Shown one piece after another: positions 51,285-63,539 of a stretch of 64,000 nt of DNA; the stretch's first letter is position 1; every line of letters starts with the position of its first letter. The DNA comes from Narcine bancroftii (taxonomy: Eukaryota). The notes beneath the pieces were generated by a model that was not told where the DNA came from, searched no databases, and saw only the letters and a list, made by a program, of their open reading frames with translations. Made by a program: the position numbers and the translations under genes. The stretch is taken from positions 136,028,001 through 136,092,000 of the forward strand of contig NC_091469.1 of NCBI RefSeq assembly GCF_036971445.1, in the 5' to 3' direction.

Positions 51285-52250
51285 CACTCAAGTCAAGTCA
51301 CCTTTATTTATCGTTCATACCATGCTTGCACAGTATAGATGAGATAGTGTTTCTCCAGGACCATGGAGCATTTTTACATAAGTATGTTAGAATAAAAGTT
51401 AAACACATTAAAATATTAAAGACCTATACTGTAAAAGTCCACAATACCCTATCCACATATGTTTTGAGAATTCAGGAGCCTGATGGCTTGGGGGGGAAAC
51501 TGTAAAACCTTTGCCCAATCTGGACGTAAAGACCCTCTGGTACTGCAGAACCTCTTACCAGAAGGCATGAGGAGTGTGTGGAGTCTTTCACAATGTTTAT
51601 TGCCTTTAGCCTGCATCGAGTGTGTAGATGTTCTTCATGGTAGGAATTGACCCACCAATGATCTTTTCCGCTGACTTCTGCAGGGTCTTGCGGTCCGAGG
51701 TGGAAGAGTTTCCAAATCAGGCAGTGATACCGTTGCACCGGATGCTCTCCATATATCTTTTGTAGAATGTAATGAGGATGGAGGGTGGGAGATGAACTGT
51801 CCTCAGCCTTCACAAGAAGTAAAGGTGCTGCTGGACTTCCTTGGCTACGGAGCTGGTGTTAAGGGTCCAGATGAGATTCTCCGCTAAGTGCACTCAAATA
51901 AATTTGATACTCTTGACAACCTCAATGGTCGAGCAGAGCGTGATCCCCCGGGCCATCCTGAAGTTGACAACCATCTCTTCTTTTTTAACGTTCAGATACA
52001 GGTTGTTGGCTCTCCAGCAGACCGTTAGTAACTGCACCTCATCTCCACATTGCTGACCCCTCAGTCTTACTAGTCAGGCTCATCAAGGTCATGTCATCAG
52101 TAAACTTGATGATGTGGTTCGAGTTGTGTTTAGCTGCACAGCCGTGGGTCAGCAGAATGAATATCAGTGAATTAAGCATGCAGTCCTGGAGGGCCCCCAT
52201 GCTCAGTGTGATGATTTTGGAAGTGCTGTTACTGATCCAGACTCTGTTCC
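51285..52250 (-). mobile_element. Rex1/Babar LINE 3' fragment
   Basis: Reverse of TGA.QDC.L..KFTDD motifs; tail with aataaa and (ttgac)n. Confidence 0.8.
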
Positions 52251-53714
52251 GAACTTTTTACACAGCCTGCATTGAGGGAATTTCGTGAAAATTTCTCATT
52301 GAGCAGCGGCTGTGTGAAAACCATATTATAGAAATACATGAACTACAGATGACGAAATCTTGAACAATGAGAATCTGGAGTGAGTCAGGCATGTCAGGCA
52401 GCATTCAGGGAGAGAAACCTTATGTGTCAGGAACCTTTATCAAGACTCAAAGGCACTGATCTAAAACACTGACTGACCATTTCTCTCCTACGATGCTGCC
52501 TGACCTGCCGAGTGTCTCCAGATTTTTATTGTCTGCTTGTGAGGTCACACTTTGCCTATTCTGCTTCTCACATTTCTGCTTTCACCGCCACTTCTCCTGG
52601 CAAAACTAAAGATGGATTCCCCTTCTCCTCACCTTCCCACTATCCAGCAACTTTGAAGGGAAAAAACCATCTGCTTCTGGAAACAGCCTGGCCTTCCACC
52701 AGATGGACATTGCAAATGTCACATTGGGCTGATTACCTAAGGTGGGGGGGTGGGGGCAACTATTATCTAATCTATTTTCTGATGCTTCCTGCTTAACACC
52801 TCTGTTTTACCAGTGAAAACTTGTCTCATTGAGTGAAGAATTCATTTGTTGATCGATGTGTTTGTGGTTTCATGACATCAGAAGCATAGAATATTTTTCT
52901 TTTAAATCAACGCAAGTAAATTGCGTGTGAAGAGCAGTCACTGTTGTAATCGACTGTGCTTAGTCAATTTAAGGGTCCAAAAGAACAGTGAGATAAATCA
53001 CCACATAATCACACTCTGTCAGTAACGATTGGAGCATAAATGCCTTGTAGGATGGTGGGTGAATATCTTGGCTTTATATTGTGTTATGGTTCTCTCTGGG
53101 ACGTTGAGAAATTTACCCCTGATCAGTTGCACTAAATGTCCTGTATTACTCGCCAGTAATTTTTACTTCCATAGATTTCAGTGGAAGTGAATTTCAGAGA
53201 CAGAGATGCCCGAGTGCTTGAAACTGAAATGTATCAAATGATTAATGATTCAGTTGTGGCATTCAGAAGGGTATCTGATAGGTACTTGCAAATAAATAAA
53301 GCTAATGCAGAGTGGGACCAGCTAGATTGTCACTGAAAGGAAATAGAGAATAGAGGGCATTGGCTCATTCCATTCTGCTTCTATAGTTCTTCCACATGAG
53401 CTTCGATTTGAGACATAACTTGTTAAAGGACACCATGTCAGACAGGGTGGCAACTCTACTCACTGTACAGAGGTTTATCCTAGTCTCTGGATGGGGTCAA
53501 GGTGCAGCTCTTCTATTTCAATGGGAGAATACTAAATTAAATTAATGTTTTCAATGGTTCCCTTTGCAGGAACAGCAGAATTCTAATTGATGGCTTTTTG
53601 CTGTCATTTGGTAGAGATGCGTGGGAATATTTTGTTTACATTGCTTGAGATACTCCTCCAGTACTTAGACATTGGCACACAGCATTAATTCCAAAGACAC
53701 TAATATAGGATTCA

Positions 53715-54325
53715 TAGAAACATAGAAAACGTATAGCACAATACAGGCTCTCCGGCCCACAAAGTTGTGCCAAAAATGTTCCTACCTTAGAAATTACTAA
53801 ACTTTCCCATATCCCTCTATTTTTTTAAACCTCCATGTACCTATCCGAAAATCTCTTGAAGGACCCTAACATACCACTCTCTGTTTAAAAAAACCGTACC
53901 CTTGACATCTTCTCTATACCCAGTTCCCAGCATCTTAAGCCTGTGTCCTCTTGTGGCAACCATTTCAGATGGGGGAAAAAGCCTCTGACTATCTACACGA
54001 TCAATACCTTTCATCATCTTAAACACCTCTATCAGGTCACCTCTCAACCTCTGCTGCTCCAAAGAGAAAAGGCCGAGTTTACTCAACCTGTTTTCATAAG
54101 GCATGCTTCCTAAACCAGGCAAAATTCTTGTAAATCTCCTCTGCACCCTTTCTATGGCTTCCACATCCTTCCAGTAGTGAGGTAACCAGAACTCCGCACA
54201 GTATTCCAAGTGGGGTCTGATCAGGGTCCTAAAAAGCTGCAACATTACCTCTCGCCTCCTAAATTCAATTAACAGATTAATGAAGGCCCATATACCATAT
54301 GCCTTCTTAACCACAGAATCATTCT
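53715..54325 (-). mobile_element. CR1 LINE 3' fragment
   Basis: LFRTLIRPHLEYCAEFWLP..IERVQRRFTR; tail (catagaaa)2. Confidence 0.9.
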
Positions 54326-55312
54326 GATTCATAACCAACCTATTAAACAGCAATTGTTTAGAACATGGAAGGAAGACAGAGGAGCCAGGAGAGACACATA
54401 CAAACACAGGAAGAACAAGCAAACTCCACACAGAAAACTCCAGAGGTCAGGATTGAACCGGTTGCTGGAGTTGTGAACTAGCAGCTCTATCAGTTGTGTG
54501 ACTGTGCCCCTACTGTAATGAATGAATGAATGAATTTAAAAGAAGACAGCTAAGCTTTGTGAAATATGTGAATGAGAGAGGGGCATTGGAGAAGGAAATG
54601 AAAAGATTAAAAAAATAAGTTCTTTTCCATCATGATGCATTTTGGGGCATCTTCTTCATCCACAGACTTCACCATATTCTGCAGAATGTAACAGTCATAG
54701 AACATGGATTCAATTTGCTATAGTTAAACAAATAGACGTTTCTGTCAAATACAGAATAGAATTTCCACCTGCACAGTGGTGCCATTGTTTTCCAACTAAA
54801 AGAATAGAGTGTCACTATGTCTGTCTTGCTTATTTATTTTGGCAGTTTGGAAGACTCTCACCTTGTTTCCAAAGTATGAAAGTGTTGAGCTATTAACAGT
54901 CAGTTCTTCAAATGAGAAATAAAAGCCCACACCATTATTTTTGTTTTGATAGCCCATATGCTCAATATTCTGGAAGACCTTTGTCCATCTGTTGAAACTT
55001 AACCGAGATGAAATAGTCATTTAATTGTCCTTATATTCATTCCCACTGTGTAAAAATGACATTAATTCAAAATAAATTATCATAGTTACGTGATTTATGT
55101 TTGAGACATTTTATTGGATGCTACATAAATACAATACTTAATTTCAATCATTTGCCTGGTCATCAGCTGAACTATATATCAAATTGTCATTCATAATTAT
55201 CAGACCGCTATGTTGTCCTCACTCATGGTATATGACAAGATACATTTTATTTCAAGGATGCAATCCACAGAATATGCATCATCCTTTTTATGAGCCCTTA
55301 TTTTCCCACATG

Positions 55313-55686
55313 CAGGTAGACCCCGACTTATGACCATAATGGGGACCGAAAGATTGGTTGTAACTCAAGTGGGTCGTAAGTCAGGGAACAGGGACCTCGG
55401 GGTGCTGATGGGGATTGAGTCTTCAGGCTGCCGACAGGAAACGGGGGCTTTGGAATGCAGCGGGGAATGGAGAACAGGGACCTCAGGCTGCCGCGGGGAA
55501 TGGGGACTTTGGCTGCCAATGGAGAATGGGGACTTCGGGCTGCCACTGGGAGTGGAGATCACTTTATATTGTGCTTTCAATACAAAATATGTACTTGTAC
55601 AGTAATTTTAATAAATATTTTTTTTTAAATTGGTCGAATGTCCAGGTGGACGCAACTCGTGTAGGTTGGAAGTCGAGGACTACCTG
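55313..55686. mobile_element. Tigger/pogo-like MITE
   Basis: TIRs caggtagacccc.gacttatgacc ... gtcgaggactacctg followed by TA; internal degenerate repeats. Confidence 0.8.
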
Positions 55687-56368
55687 TATTCTTGTTGAGG
55701 CTTAAATGTTGATTCCCCCTAGAGAAATGTGCAAAGCTGGCCAAGGGTGCATTGAGGTCTACGGCAGATGCCATCTAATAGACTCTACACATAGCCCTGG
55801 AATACCTGGACAGCAAAGATGGAGACATCGACTACAGTTTGGCATTCAACATCACCATCCCCTCAAAATTGATCAGTAAGTTGACCTGTGACTCAACATC
55901 GCATCGCATCTTGGATTTTCAGAACACAATCAGTGAGGATTGGTAAGAACATTTCCTCCACAATCTCCATCAGTACCAGAGCACCATAGGGCTGTGTTCT
56001 TAGCTCCCTGCTCTACTCGCTTCACACCTATGATGTGAGGCTCAGTTCGACAACAACACCATCTACAAATTCGCTGATTATACAATGGTAGTGGGTTGTT
56101 TAAAAGGGGAGATGAGTCAGCACACAGAAAGGAGATGGAAAATTTGCCTGAATGGTGCACCAACAACAACCTCACACTCAATATCACCAAATCCAAGGAG
56201 CCGATTGTTGACTTCAGGAAGGGAAAACTAGGGGCGTGGCAAGATGGCGTAGGGAACAGACGTGCCTTCCAGACCTCTCCTGACTCTGATTTATTGTTTT
56301 GTCTTTAAGTGCCCGTTAAAGTTCTTTTAAAAGTTTATAAATAATAAGAGGTGTTGGATTAGTGCCTA

Positions 56369-57767
56369 ATGGTTTATATGCAAAAAAAAAGGTAAAAGAA
56401 AACATCAACAGACTGTTAAAAAACTATATTTTCCGAAATTGTCTGAGCCTACTTGTTTACAAGAAGCCAGGATTCAGCGTAGAATGGATCCAGAGGAAGA
56501 CGTACAGAGTTCGGCATTGAAACTCCGTTTTAAGCCGGTGAGGCTCTTTGAAGGTCGCATTCAACAGCTTTCAGACCAAAGAGCTGGACGGGTGCCAGTA
56601 TTTCACACAACGGCCACTGTGAGTGCTGTTACTCAGACTTTGACAGTTGAATCAGCTGGGGCACCACCAGCTGGAGTGTTAAAGAGCTGTCATTCGACTG
56701 CTACAGTGGTGGCGCTGCAAAATGCATCTTCAATTACAACAGTTTTTCTAGACATCGATTCAGTGAAGATGATTAAAGAGATTTGGCTTAAAGATAACTC
56801 TGATCTTCAGTCTCCTGGCATTGCTGGGGGGACTTTGAGAGGGATTTTTATATGAAGTCAAACTGCTAGAAAAGATACTAAATTAAGAGAAGGGACAGAA
56901 GATCCCGTGGTCTCTAAGGAACAGCAAGACCCCATTATGCCTGAATCTACTTCTGTTGAAATGTCTGTTAAGGATCCTGAAGATAAGATATATTCAGTAT
57001 CGAGTCACTTAGCTAATTTTATGAACCTGTTTATTTCCAAGATTAATGCGATGGCAGAGGTCATTAATGGAGCTTTTAAGCTTGAAACCATTGAAAGATT
57101 TGAAATGTGTGATCAAGGTTTAGTCGATGCACAGGATCAACTGCAAGATGAAAATAGAATAATTGAAACATTGCAGATCCAAAATAAAAATTTAGCAAAA
57201 AAGGTTGATTATTTGGAGAATCAATCTAGACAGAACAACGTGAAAATTGTTGGTTTGCCAGAAGGCATAGAAGGACCAGATCCAAGAAAATTTTTTACTG
57301 AATGGATTCCATGAGTGTTAGGACAGGATAAATTCCCTGAAGGTTTAATACTGGAACGTGCTTATAGGGTTTTAAGAAGAAAATCTTTTTCAGGACAGAA
57401 TCCAAGATGGATCCATTGTTTAAACTATTGTGACAGAGAGACAATTTTATGTATGGCTATTAGAAATGCCCAGCAAAATAGATCTCCTTTGATGGTTCAG
57501 AATAATCCTGTTTTCTTCTATCAAGATTTGAGTCAAGAAATTATGTTTCAACGACGCAAATTTAATTCTGTGAAAGAACGGTTGTGGAAAAAAAGACATA
57601 AGGGAACATTCAGGTATTCTGCAGTACTGAAGATTTTTTAGGATGGAAATTAGCCAAAGTTCTTTGACAATCCTAAAGAGGTTATGGACTTTGCTTAGTC
57701 TCTACCAATCATTCAGTTTCAGGAACGATGTAGTTCTTCAAGGTCTCCAAAGAAAGTAGAGATGTAA
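56369..57767 (+). pseudogene. L1 ORF1p (coiled coil-RRM-CTD), disabled by in-frame stops
   Basis: ORFs 56439, 56907 and 57315 share one frame. Motifs LENQSRQNNVKIVGLPEGIEG, LERAYR, FFYQDLS and YSAVLKI. Confidence 0.9.
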
Positions 57768-57981
57768 GGTGGGATCCAGATTTTTAAAAGAAATGGAAGC
57801 AATGGTGACCGAAGTGGTAACGTTGATTTAAAAAAATAAATTTTTTATCTTTTTTTTGAGAAATGTTTAAATAGTTTAAATAATGATGATATTTTATTGT
57901 AATTGAGAGGGAATTATGAGGTTTTTTTTCTCTTTCTTTTCTCTTTTTGAGTTTTTTTTCTCTTTTTTCTTTCTTTTTTAA

Positions 57982-58191
57982 GAGGATGATGTCACAGAAG
58001 ATAATAAGTCAAAAATTGAGGATGTTGAATTAGATGAAGAGGAAGATGAGTGGAAAGGTGATAAGAAGAAAAAGAAGAAAATTAAGAACAAATACATTGA
58101 GGGAGAAGAGTTCAATAAAATTAAGTTAATTTCGATAGAGAATTTTGAAGATGTTATAAATGAAGAATATGGAGAATTTTATAAGAGTTTG
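57982..58191 (+). pseudogene. HSP90AA1: Captured HSP90-alpha coding fragment (charged linker to start of middle domain)
   Basis: 70 stop-free codons [70 protein letters not shown]. They align without gaps to HSP90 [62 protein letters not shown] favours alpha over beta (QEEY). Confidence 0.9.
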
Positions 58192-59964
58192 AACTTTTTT
58201 TTCTTTTTTTATATAAGGGGAGGGGAAGGGAATAAAAAGTTTATCTGATTGTTTTTCTAAGGGATGTTTTTGTTCTCTCGATAAATTATAAAGGAAACTT
58301 GGTATTAATGGAAATTCTGTATTTATGTATTATTAATTATGATTTTTTTGTATAACAGATATGTGGTTGATATATGATTTTAATATTTGAACTTAGTTTT
58401 AAAGTGGATTTCATTTGTTAAATACATGTATTATGTTTGATTTAAATATATGTTTAAGGGTATTATTTTAGTATTGATTTTTTTTGTTAGTAAATTAGAT
58501 GATTAATGTTGTGTTATAATTATTGGGGGGGTTAATTTGTGTAGTTTAATGATGTAGTATTCTAATTTTTATTATCTTATTTTTTATTATTTCTTTAAAT
58601 GTAATTTTTATTTTATTCATGTCATAAAATTTTAAATAAAGTTTAAAAAAAAAAGGAAGGGAAAACTAGAGGTGTATGATCCATTAGTCATTGAGGGATC
58701 AGAGGGGAGAGTTCTTGGAAATCCACTATCTATCAAGGATCTTTCCTAGACCCCACACACAAATTGTATCATGAAGAAAGCATGTCAGTGACTTGACTTC
58801 CTTAGAAGTTTGTGGAAGAATGGTATGACATTGGAAACCCTGGCAAATTTCTACAGAGGTGTGGTGGAAAGTTTGCTGTCTGGCTGCATAATGATCTGGC
58901 ATGGAGACACCAATACCCCTGAGTTTAAAACTCTGCAAAAGGTAGTGGACACAGCGCATGGCATCACAGATAAAACTCTCCCATCATAGAAAACATCTAC
59001 AGGGAACACTGCCATCAGAGAGCAACAGGAATCATCAAGGATTCACATCACCCAGCACATGCTCTGTTCTCACTGCTACCATCAGGAAAAAGGTATAAGT
59101 TCCATAATACGCGCACCAACAGATTCAGGTACGTCTGTTATCCCTCCACCATCAGACATCAAACTCAATAAGACACTCACTTTAGGAGTTACTTTTGCAC
59201 TTTATTGATTTTCTCTGTTTTCCACAGTCAATTTGTTTACAAGTGTATGTTGAGTGCAGGTTTTTGCACTACCAATTAGTGGTAATTCTGCCTTGCCACT
59301 AGGGAAAAGAGTCTCAGGATTGTATGTGATGTCATTTATTTATTCTGTCAATAAATCTGAAAATTTGGAATACACCCAATGTCTTTTGTTGTTATTCTCT
59401 GGGATATGGATAAAGATCTAACAGCTCATTAATGTCTGAAGAAGAAGATGCGCCTTGCTTTGATCCTCAAAGCTCATGAGAATGCTTCCTCCACACCACA
59501 GAGTTCATTCTGCCCACAAACTTCACAGATCAGATGGATGAAAGTTTCACGTGCCAGGGATAAGTTGCAAAGTCTTGTATCACCTATGTATTAGGATGTA
59601 AATATGGAGGAGCCTTGATCAGCCTACTTCCTTCCTGGGAAGGAATAGTAAAACACAAAATGCTCAAGGAACTCAGCAGGTCAGCAGTGTCCATAGGAGA
59701 AAAAGAGATTTTACCAATATTTCACTCCTGATGCCTTCGTCAAGGTATGAGCAAGAATCAGGTAGACACTGAATACAAGGTGGGCTGAATGGAGAGTTAA
59801 ACTTGACATCTCAACATAAATTCTGCCTGCTCAATAAAAATTAGAGCAATTTTCCATGACATTAGGGGAAGTAGTTCCCTTGTTTGCAGTTGTAATAATT
59901 TCAAAAAGAGAGTACATTTATCTCATATAGACCTTTATGATAAAGGTTTTCAGATTATATTCTG

Positions 59965-60048
59965 CAAATTTATTTTTGTTATTGGTTTTTATAATACAGT
60001 ACAATGAAGAAAAGGGAACAAAACTGAAAATACAATATCACGTGTGTG

Positions 60049-60133
<85 letters not shown>

Positions 60134-60805
60134 ATCTCAAGATACAACTACAAACAGTATAAAATTGGTCCTCCCTCCACTGCACTGGATGACAACAGAA
60201 ATTATATTAAAAAAAAATATATATATATATCAAAATTCATCTCATCTACTCTATTAAAAAAAAAGAAAACTAACCAAAAAAAGCATCTGAGCAGCTTATC
60301 TTTAGGGTTATGTATATTTTGTAGCTTTTGATTCATATTGTGAATCAAAAAGCAAAGGTAAGACTATATCTCATCTGGAAGAATGAGTACAACTAATCAC
60401 TTTAAAAACTTTTACATCAAATGAAAATAAGGCATAAAAAGTCACCATATATCTTCAAATTTCATCAATGAATCAAAATCATGATATCTATTTTTTTTCT
60501 AAACTTGAACATGATATAATATGAGACAACCATTGAAGGTCTAGACTCTTTCTATTTGAAATCGATGGCTCTTCTAGCTCACAAGGCCACAACCTATTGT
60601 ACAGGTACAGAAAAACTCCCTTTGTCTGGTTCAATAATCCCAAAAAGAGCAGCTAATGGATTTGGTTGTAGCCCCATCTGAAATACATTTGAAATAATAT
60701 TAAAAAATTCTTTCCTATAGATTTCTAAGGTTGGAGAAGACCAAAACATATGTGTCAATGTAGCAATATCAGATTTTCATCTGTCACAAGTAGGGTTAAT
60801 AGTAA
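59965..60805 (-). mobile_element. L1 LINE 3' end (ORF2 zinc knuckle + 3'UTR)
   Basis: The minus strand reads CDR.KSDIATLTHMFWSSP, the L1 CCHC region. Confidence 0.8.
60042..60130. repeat. (TG)n microsatellite
   Basis: Read directly from the sequence. Confidence 0.98.
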
Positions 60806-62314
60806 ATGTATCTTTTAATCAATGTTTTAATCAGAAAATAAAATGTCAAAAGTTTCTGAAAATAATTTTGTGAATCTTCAGGTCAATGCCTTGTTTCATC
60901 ATCTGCAATCTCTGCATCACTATAAAATTATCTGAACGCTCTAATGGGCAGAGTTTTGTCCCTCATCAAAACACACCCAGAGCAGTGCTTTTGTTGACTC
61001 AACACTGTGCACACTTTTAACTTAGATGCCTTATATCGTAAGCGGTTTCTGTTACGTTGATGCTCTGTTAGTGAAATTCAGGCACATGTAATAATGAGCC
61101 AGTGGATGGGGCTGAGGTACATATTTTTCTATTTCAGGATGAGAACACTAACTTAAAGCTGATGCTTTCCCTGGTAGATTTCTGTTGTACATGGAATAAA
61201 AGGATAACTGATGGCTATTTGCTGTCATTTGCTAGAAATTCAAGTGAGTTTGAAATGGCAGTAGAATTTCTACATTATTTTTTAAAAAAATGTGGACTAA
61301 GTATCTCTGACAAGGCGTGTCCTTTCCTATCCATGTCCCCAATTTATTGTCCGCCCTTAATTTCCCCTGGAATGAATGGTTCGCTTGAACATTTCCATGC
61401 AGTTGAGCATCAATCTCATTGCTCTGGGCCTGGATCACCGATAAACAAGAACTGGTATGCACACCAAACTTCTTTATGTAAGACCTTCATGACTGAGATG
61501 GGTTTTACAACAGTCCAATAGCTTTGTGACCCCCCATTACTGATACTAACCTTGATTTCAAATTTATCTGACAAATTAAAATCCTGTTCATCGAGGCGCA
61601 GCTCCAGATCAATTGGCACCTGCATTGCCCAGGCATGGAAGCTACAGGCAAACTGCTGGAAGATAGAATTAATATACTTTTTATCAAATTTCAGATCTTA
61701 TTCGCAGCATGGTAGAAGACGATCGTGGTCATTTGCAGCGGTGCCGCACAATTACATCCACATTCAGGAGGGTGGGAGGAAACTGGATTACCTGTGAAAA
61801 ACCCCATACAAACTTGGGGAGACTCCTTACAGACAGCGCCAGATTCAAACCAGGTTTGCTGGTGCTGCGCTAGTGTTGGGCTAACCATTACATTAACGGA
61901 GCCTCCCAAAGTTGGGTGCCAACTTGTGAGCAAGGATATGGTGGCCTGAATGTCCTGATTCCATGTTGCATGACTTAATGACTTTATACAACCTGTTCAG
62001 TGACTAAACCATCATCATAATGAACCACTGGAAAAATCTCCGATGCACATTATGTAAGATTCTAAGTTTTTTTTCTCCAAACAAGATTGGAAATATAAAT
62101 GCCTGTCTTCATGGGCTAAACATCTTCATGAATCAACCCAACATCACTATTCTGCCTGTGGTCTTTTCCTTCCCAGCCGTGACATTCTAAATTTATATGT
62201 AAGACTGTGCAAAGCTATCACAAGCCCCAAGCATTCCAATTAGATGACACATGACCAGACAACAAATAGCAGGTTGTGCATAAATTAAATAGTTTTGCCA
62301 AAGTTGTTTAAGAA

Positions 62315-63535
62315 AATAGAACATTACAGCACAGTACAGGTCCTTCTGCCCTTGATGTAGAGCCGACCACTATAAACCTAGTCATCAATCTAAATACTCC
62401 CTACCTCACACTCATAGCCCTTTATTTTTCTTGTATCCATGCGCCTGTCCAGGAGTCTATAAAATATCCCTATTGTACCAGCCTCCACCATCACACCAGG
62501 CAACATATTCCAACCACCACTATTTTCTGTGTAAAAAAATGTACTCCTGGCCTCTCTTTGAAATGTTTCTCCCCTCACCTTGTGCAGATGTCCTCTGGTG
62601 CTTGCTACTCTCGCCCCAGAAAAAAAGTGCTGACTCTCCATCCTTTCTCTGCCTCTCCTAATCTTGTAGACCTCTATGAAGTCATCTTTCATCCTCCTTT
62701 GGTCCAGAGAAGCCCTAGCTCTGCTAACCTTGCCTCATAAGGCAACATCCTTGTAAATCTCTACTGCACCCTTTCCATAGTTTCCACATCCTTTCTGTAA
62801 TTAGGTGATAAGAACTAAACACATATTCCAAGTGTGTTCTAACCAGAGTTTTATAGTGCTGCAACATTATCTCATGATTCTTGAACTCATTTCCCCAACT
62901 AATGAAGGCCAGCATATCATCACCTTCTTAACTACCCTATCGACCTATGCAACAATCTTGAATTTGGCCCCAAAATCCCTCTTTTCTTCCACACTATTAA
63001 GAATCCTGCCATTTTTCAAAAATGTATCACTTCACACTTCTCCAGATTGAACTCCATCCACCACTTCTCTGCACAACTCTGCATGCTGTCCATATTCTGC
63101 TGTAACTTATGACAACCTTTTACATTATTCATGGAACCTCCAACATTGTGTCATCTGCAAATTTACTGACTCATCCTTCCACTTCCGTCCAGGTCATTTA
63201 TAAAAATCACAAAGAGCAGGAATCCCAGGACAGATCCCTGTGGAAATCCACTAGTCACTGACCTCCTGGCAGAATACACTTAATTTACTACTACCCTCTG
63301 CTTCCTACAAGCAAGCCAATTCTGAATTCACACAGTTAGGGTTCCATGGATCCCAAACATCATAACATTCTGACTGAGTCTACCACAGTGGACCTTGTCA
63401 AATGCTTTACTAAAATACATGTACACCATACCTACTACTTTACCTTCATCAATTTATTTTGTCACTTAAAAAAACTCCATTAGGATCACATGGCATGACT
63501 TGACCCTGACAAAGCCATGCTGACTATCCCAGAGA
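62315..63535 (-). mobile_element. CR1 LINE RT to 3' fragment
   Basis: Reverse of FSKAFDKV, SKFADDT and YKTLVRTHLEY motifs, plus a CR1 tail. Confidence 0.9.
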
Positions 63536-63539
63536 AGAC

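Larger units (their letters stand above)
56232..58653 (+). mobile_element. Full-length ORF1-only (HAL1-like) L1 derivative, 2422 bp
   Basis: Perfect 16-bp TSD aggaagggaaaactag (56216-56231, 58654-58669); 5' end gggcgtggCAAGATGGCG (YY1 motif); L1 ORF1; AATAAA at 58635 and an A-tail; no EN or RT sequence. Confidence 0.9.
55760..59365 (+). mobile_element. Rex1/Babar LINE interrupted by the L1-derived insertion
   Basis: The left part ends ..KSKEPIVDFRKGKL and the right part resumes EVYDPLVIEGSE..; tail tctgtcaataaatctgaa. Confidence 0.85.

Noticed and set aside
53841-54431. Longest ORF in the window (196 aa) as a host gene
   Set aside because: It is a SINE fragment fused to a CR1 ORF2 C-terminus.
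5433-54740. Peptide IVKQIDV appears both on the minus strand near 5440-5460 and on the plus strand near 54720-54740, with only synonymous differences
   Set aside because: An 18/21-nt match is expected by chance in 64 kb, and the similarity does not extend on either side.
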